Shown here in pieces: positions 27,949 through 32,000 of a stretch of 32,000 bases of DNA. The notes below the pieces were generated by a model. It searched no databases, was not told where the DNA came from, and worked only from the letters and a program-made list of their open reading frames with translations. A program made the translations under genes and the position numbers. The DNA is from Candidatus Saccharimonadota bacterium (GTDB lineage Bacteria > Patescibacteriota > Gracilibacteria > BD1-5 > UBA6164): the NCBI GenBank assembly GCA_965229705.1, contig OZ245922.1, positions 480,001-512,000 on the forward strand, given 5' to 3'. The stretch's first letter is position 1. The number at the start of each line of letters is the position of its first letter.

Positions 27949-28034
27949 AGTATCTATTTCTAATGTAAAATTTAAAAAAATGTCCTATGAGTATTAGAAC
28001 ATTTTTTTGAAAAAATATCAATTATCTGAAATAT

Positions 28035-29081
28035 CTATTTTCTTTTTCTTCTCGATAAATAAAAGAAAGTATTTATAAATAGAGTTCCGAGGATAATCAC
28101 CCAAGTTGCCGTTCCTGTATCGGGAGTTTCCTCTGCAAGTAGAGCTACCTCTTCTATATCTCATTGCATCTCTTCTTCTTGCATGAGTTCTGGTGCTGAC
28201 TCAAGTTCTGGGAGCTCTTGCTCATCAAACTCTACTACTCTCGGCTCATCTGAGGGACTTATAAAATCAGTAATATCATCAAAGACTCATTCTATACCTT
28301 CACTCATACCAAACAGTCCTGCATCATTTTCTGACTCATCTTCTTGGAGAGTTTCTTCTTCTACTATTTCAGGAATATCTTCTTCTGCTCACGTATCATC
28401 CATATAACTCTCATAGAGAGAATCTATTTCTGGAGTAGTAAAGTCATATATCCCTGTATCAAACTCGAGGTAGTTTCCGTCAACATCCTGGAGCTCAATA
28501 AACATCAAGATATAATCTGTTTCTCAAACAAATGCTTCACTCATAGTGATGAGTAACTCTGGTTCATAATAGTCTGGTTTTTCAATACCTGCAACTTCTT
28601 TTTCTGCAAGGAGCTTATATTCTACTACGCTACTTGTAACATTTTCTGAGTAGATGATCATCAAAGTGTTTGCATCTATCACTTTTACCTCCTCTATTCA
28701 TGAAGCATCAGTGTTTCCAAAGTTTATGTAACTGGTTCAGAAAAAATCTGACTCTGTCACAAAATCAATACTCCCTTCAGCCCCACTCACAGATAAGAGG
28801 CTATAACTTGTATCTGCCTCTATATTATCATAGAGCAGAACCTCTACTTGGTTTGGAGAAAGCTCTGAAGTAAATCCTCATTTGATATCTATATCCTGGA
28901 GGACAGTTACCTCAGCATCAAGCTCTCAGAGCTCAAGGTTTGGATTTTCAGAAAGTACCACAGAGAGAGTATTCTCTTCTATTACTTCTATTTTATCAAC
29001 TCCTAATTCTCAAGAATATACTGCTTGAAAAAGGATAAAAAGTGCTGCGACAGCAACTATTTTTTTTATTGCGCTCAACAT
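28035..29081 (-). CDS. Acidic secreted surface protein with a sortase-like C-terminal sorting signal
   Basis: The signal peptide is MLSAIKKIVAVAALFILFQAVYS. A long D/E-rich region follows. The C-terminus is EETPDTG-TATWVIILGTLFINTFFYL-SRRKRK*. The length is 1047 nt with 12 in-frame TGA and no TAA or TAG. Confidence 0.7.
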
Positions 29082-29196
29082 ACGTTCTAAGTTTTAGAAA
29101 AATAATTTACCCTTCTATTGAAACATAGTTTTATTTTTCTGTCAAAAACTCAATCGTGACAATTATATTTTTTATGATTAATATAAAATTATTTCT

Positions 29197-30129
29197 CTAC
29201 ATCCATCCTATAATCTTGAGTATAAAAATACTATACAATACTAAGAGTCCTGCTCCTTCCCATTTTTGAATTTTGTTATCACTTGTGGTAAATATAAATC
29301 ACAAAGTCGAAACAATGAAAAACATTATTCCTATCTCTAGAGCTGTTTGAGAAACACTCAGTGAAACAAAGAGTGATGGAATTCATGCGACTGCCAAAAC
29401 ATTAAACGTATTGGAACCAAATATATTTCCAAGTGCTATAGAGTGTTTTCCACTGAGAGCAGCTCGCAGAGAAATAATAAGTTCCGGTAGGCTCGTCCCT
29501 ATTGCTACTGCCAACATCGTAATAATAGAAGGAGAGATGTTGAGGAGTTCTCATAACATCGTGACTGAAGTAATAGTATACTTTGCCCCTATAAATATTC
29601 CTCACACTCCTCAGAGAATGTAGACTATCCAGAGAATATGAAACTTTTTGAGAGTTTTGGTATTTTCTGAATCTTGCGCTGTATCATAGACTGTATAGAG
29701 TATATATATTACAAGCATGAAGAGACTGATAATCCCTTCTTTATAATCAAATACGCCATCATATATGAATATAATAAAAATCGCTGATGAGAGAAAAAAG
29801 AATGGCAAATCTATATCAACAAGTTTCTCTTTTACTGCGAGAGTTCCAACAATAACGGAACAAACTCATCATATCAGGAGTGTATTGGCAATGTTTGAAC
29901 CAATCACATTATCAATGGCAAAGTCTGTTTTTCCATCAAGAGCAGATAAGAGTGAGGTTGCGAGCTCTGGCATGCTCCCTCACAAGGCAACAATCGTAGC
30001 TCAAACGATAAAGCTCCTCATCCCAAGATAGAGTCCTACTTTCTCTGATCAGAGAGTAAAATAATCTGCTGATTTTACGAGTCAAAAAAGAGCAGCTCAC
30101 AAGACACAAGACCAAAAAAATATGTTCAT
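29197..30129 (-). CDS. Ca2+/cation antiporter (CaCA, YrbG-like) membrane protein
   Basis: There are two alpha-repeats, (G)ATIVAL(G)GSMPELATSL and AIGTSLPELIISL, each followed by GSN(I/T)(A/F)N. It is in frame with track ORF 29611-29808. Confidence 0.85.
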
Positions 30130-30139
30130 AAAAAAAAGA

Positions 30140-30523
30140 TTACGAAATAATGTCAGTTCATAGGCTATCAAGATATGATTGAAGAATATGCTGCGCTGCA
30201 ATATCATCACGATGTTGGTCTCATCACTCATCTGCTACAACGCTTGAAAAGCGTTCATCATGTCAGAGAATAGAAATTTTTGGAAATATATGAGATATTT
30301 TTTCTATAAATGCTTCTGTTTTCTTCAATTGTTTTGTATCTTTTCCATACAAGTCATATGGGAGTCCCACCACTATAGTATGAATATTTGGATAGCGTAA
30401 AAGTATTTTACGAATTTCTTTTACCAGATATATACGCTGTACAATACCATAAGGAAGTACTATTGATTCTTGAGTAATAGCAATTCATGAACGAGTGTTT
30501 CATAAGTCTATAGCGATATACAT
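30140..30523 (-). CDS. ruvX: YqgF/RuvX-family putative pre-16S rRNA nuclease / Holliday junction resolvase-like protein
   Basis: The translation reads MYIAIDL(G)NTRS(G)IAI...VVGLPYDLYGK...(G)HDERFSS..A....DDIAAQHILQSYLD. Confidence 0.8.
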
Positions 30524-30527
30524 TCTA

Positions 30528-30980
30528 TTATTTTGCTTGTATATTGAGAAAAATTTTTCCTGCATGGTTTTCTCAGAGATCTACATACACCTCGTACTCT
30601 CCAAACTTTGTGAGTTTTCTCTGCGGTATTCAAAAATCAATGTGTTTTTTTGTCAGAGGAAGTTTATATGTTTTCTGTATATATTCTGCAATATCTTTCG
30701 GTGTTATTCCCCCAAGAGCTTTTCCGTTTTTTTCGGGGAGATATACATGCATCTTTTCTCAGGAAAGTTTTTGTATGATATCTGCTTTTGATCATAAAAG
30801 CATTCGGCGTTCTGCTTCTTGTTTTTTGATCTTTTTTTCATCTTGAGCAGCAAGAGATGCGCTGTAGGGTTTTGCAAGTTTTTTCGGAAAAAGAAAGTTT
30901 GTGGCATATCCAGAAGCAACTTCTTTCACTTCTCATGGCTTTGCAACATGCAGAACATGTTCTAAGAAAACAACTTTCAT
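30528..30980 (-). CDS. rplI: 50S ribosomal protein L9
   Basis: The translation reads MKVVFLEHVLHVAKP(G)EVKEVASGYATNFLFPKKLAKPYS... and is 150 aa long. Confidence 0.85.
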
Positions 30981-31012
30981 ATAAAAAATATCTTATATAT
31001 CACTTAAGGAGT

Positions 31013-31102
31013 CTCTGAGAAATAAAAAATATCCAATCCTCTCTAGCTCTACCGAGCCATCTCTCTTTTTGCAAAAGGAGAGATGAAAGGAGTTTCTCAG
31101 AG
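31013..31102 (+). repeat. E element, complete diverged copy outside the pilin array
   Basis: The sequence is ctctgagaaat...agctc-tacc-gagcc...atctctcttttt-gca-aaaggagagat...gtttctcagag. It is followed by taagagaccggtctc, a module also found at 17805-17820. Confidence 0.65.
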
Positions 31103-31198
31103 GTTCCTTAAGGAGACTCTGAAAAATAGAAAAATCTTGTGTAAGAGACCGGTCTCAAGAAAATAAAAAGGAGCTTATCGGATCTTTCCTCAAAAAAA

Positions 31199-32000
31199 TT
31201 ATTCTCCACTTTCTTCGGAGAGAGCTTCTGCTTCTTGCCTCTTTTGTTCTTCGGTTTGTTCGAGTTCTTCTATAGATATTTTCACACCAAGAAGTTCTGA
31301 AGCAAGATTGACATTGATACCTCATCTTCCTACTGCTTTTGCCCTTTCTCCATACGGAATATATGCAACATAACTTTCCTCATCTTCTCACTGTTCTACT
31401 TTTTGAACATCTGCTGGAGTAAGAGATCTCGCAATAAGGTCTCGGATATCATTGCTATTGGGAATAACATCTATTTTTTCCCCACTCAACTCTTCCATAA
31501 CAGCTTTAACCCTCATTCATTTTTGTCCGATGAGTGTCCCTGCTGGATCTATTTCTTCATAGCTACTACTTACAAGAAGTTTTGTCTTCACTCATGCATG
31601 TCGAACAACAGCATCGATACTCACTACTTCTTCTGCTATTTCAGGAACATATTCTGCAAATACTGCTGGAACAAGCTCTGCTCGTTTTCTTGAGAGTATA
31701 ACTTTTGGGAGTGATCATTCTTCTTTGGAAACTTCTGCAACATAGAGATAGAGTCTATTGTCTGCAACATAGTTATCTCTTGGTACTTGCTCACTTTTAG
31801 GGAGTACTACCTGATTTCCATTATAATCAAATATCACTTTCCCTCACTCTACTATATCTACTCGCATGTTCACAACTTCACCTTCTTTTCCAGCGAAAAG
31901 GTCATAAATCTTCTCTTTTTCACTATCAGCTACTTTTTGGATAATTACTTGCCTTGCTGCTTGTGATGCAATTCTTCCAAATATATCTCCCTCTTTTTCG
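31199..32000 (-). CDS. nusA: Transcription termination/antitermination factor NusA; the 5' end is off the window
   Basis: The translation reads ..FGRIASQAARQVIIQKVADSEKEKIY...RAELVPAVFAEYVPEIAEEVVSIDAVVRHA(G)VKTKLLV...DPAGTLIGQK(G)MRVKAVMEELSGEKIDVIP... The stop is TAA at 31199. Confidence 0.85.

Noticed and set aside
1-32000. tRNA, rRNA, transposase/IS or prophage content
   Set aside because: I found no cloverleaf-like segments, rRNA-like conserved stretches, terminal inverted repeats with a transposase, or phage structural or replication genes. The only phage-like item is the isolated S74 domain.

Overview
This is an AT-rich bacterial window that is only coherent when TGA is read as glycine (translation table 25, as in Gracilibacteria/Absconditabacteria of the CPR/Patescibacteria). 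In-frame TGA codons fall on invariant glycines: Walker-A loops of FtsE, PilT and a VirD4-like ATPase, the 'CGYIYD' rubredoxin knuckle, and 'VGEIRD' and 'GYKGR' in PilB. The standard-code ORF track is therefore fragmented. I joined same-frame fragments by hand through TGA, so coordinates may be off by a few nt.

The window is essentially one large type IV pilus (T4P) neighbourhood:
- Left part (minus strand unless noted): ftsE, a VirD4/TraD-like ATPase, a rubredoxin-superoxide reductase fusion, a nucleotidyltransferase-domain gene (+ strand), a CNNM/CorC transporter, and minor-pilin-like and secreted proteins. One of the secreted proteins has a phage-tail-fibre S74 chaperone domain.
- Centre (12.4-21.3 kb): four tandem, individually promoted and terminated genes. 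Each encodes a type IV pilin N-terminal module fused through an acidic/Ser-Thr linker to a FISUMP (TIGR02145-like) domain.
- The pilin modules are almost invariant, while the FISUMP domains differ in mosaic patches. One copy carries a TAG nonsense codon.
- The array has been reshaped by segmental duplication. A 1.88-kb block containing a complete pilB is present twice at about 99.8% identity, and the first copy ends in a chimeric junction ORF.
- Right part: pilB, a PP2C/SpoIIE phosphatase, pilC, a non-fused TGA-free pilin, pilT, an acidic surface protein with a sortase-like sorting signal, a CaCA exchanger, ruvX, rplI and nusA.
- Intergenic regions are built from GC-rich CCCGGG-core hairpins plus a roughly 90-nt structured repeat that also occurs outside the array, between nusA and rplI.

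I found no rRNA, tRNA, CRISPR array, transposase or reverse transcriptase.
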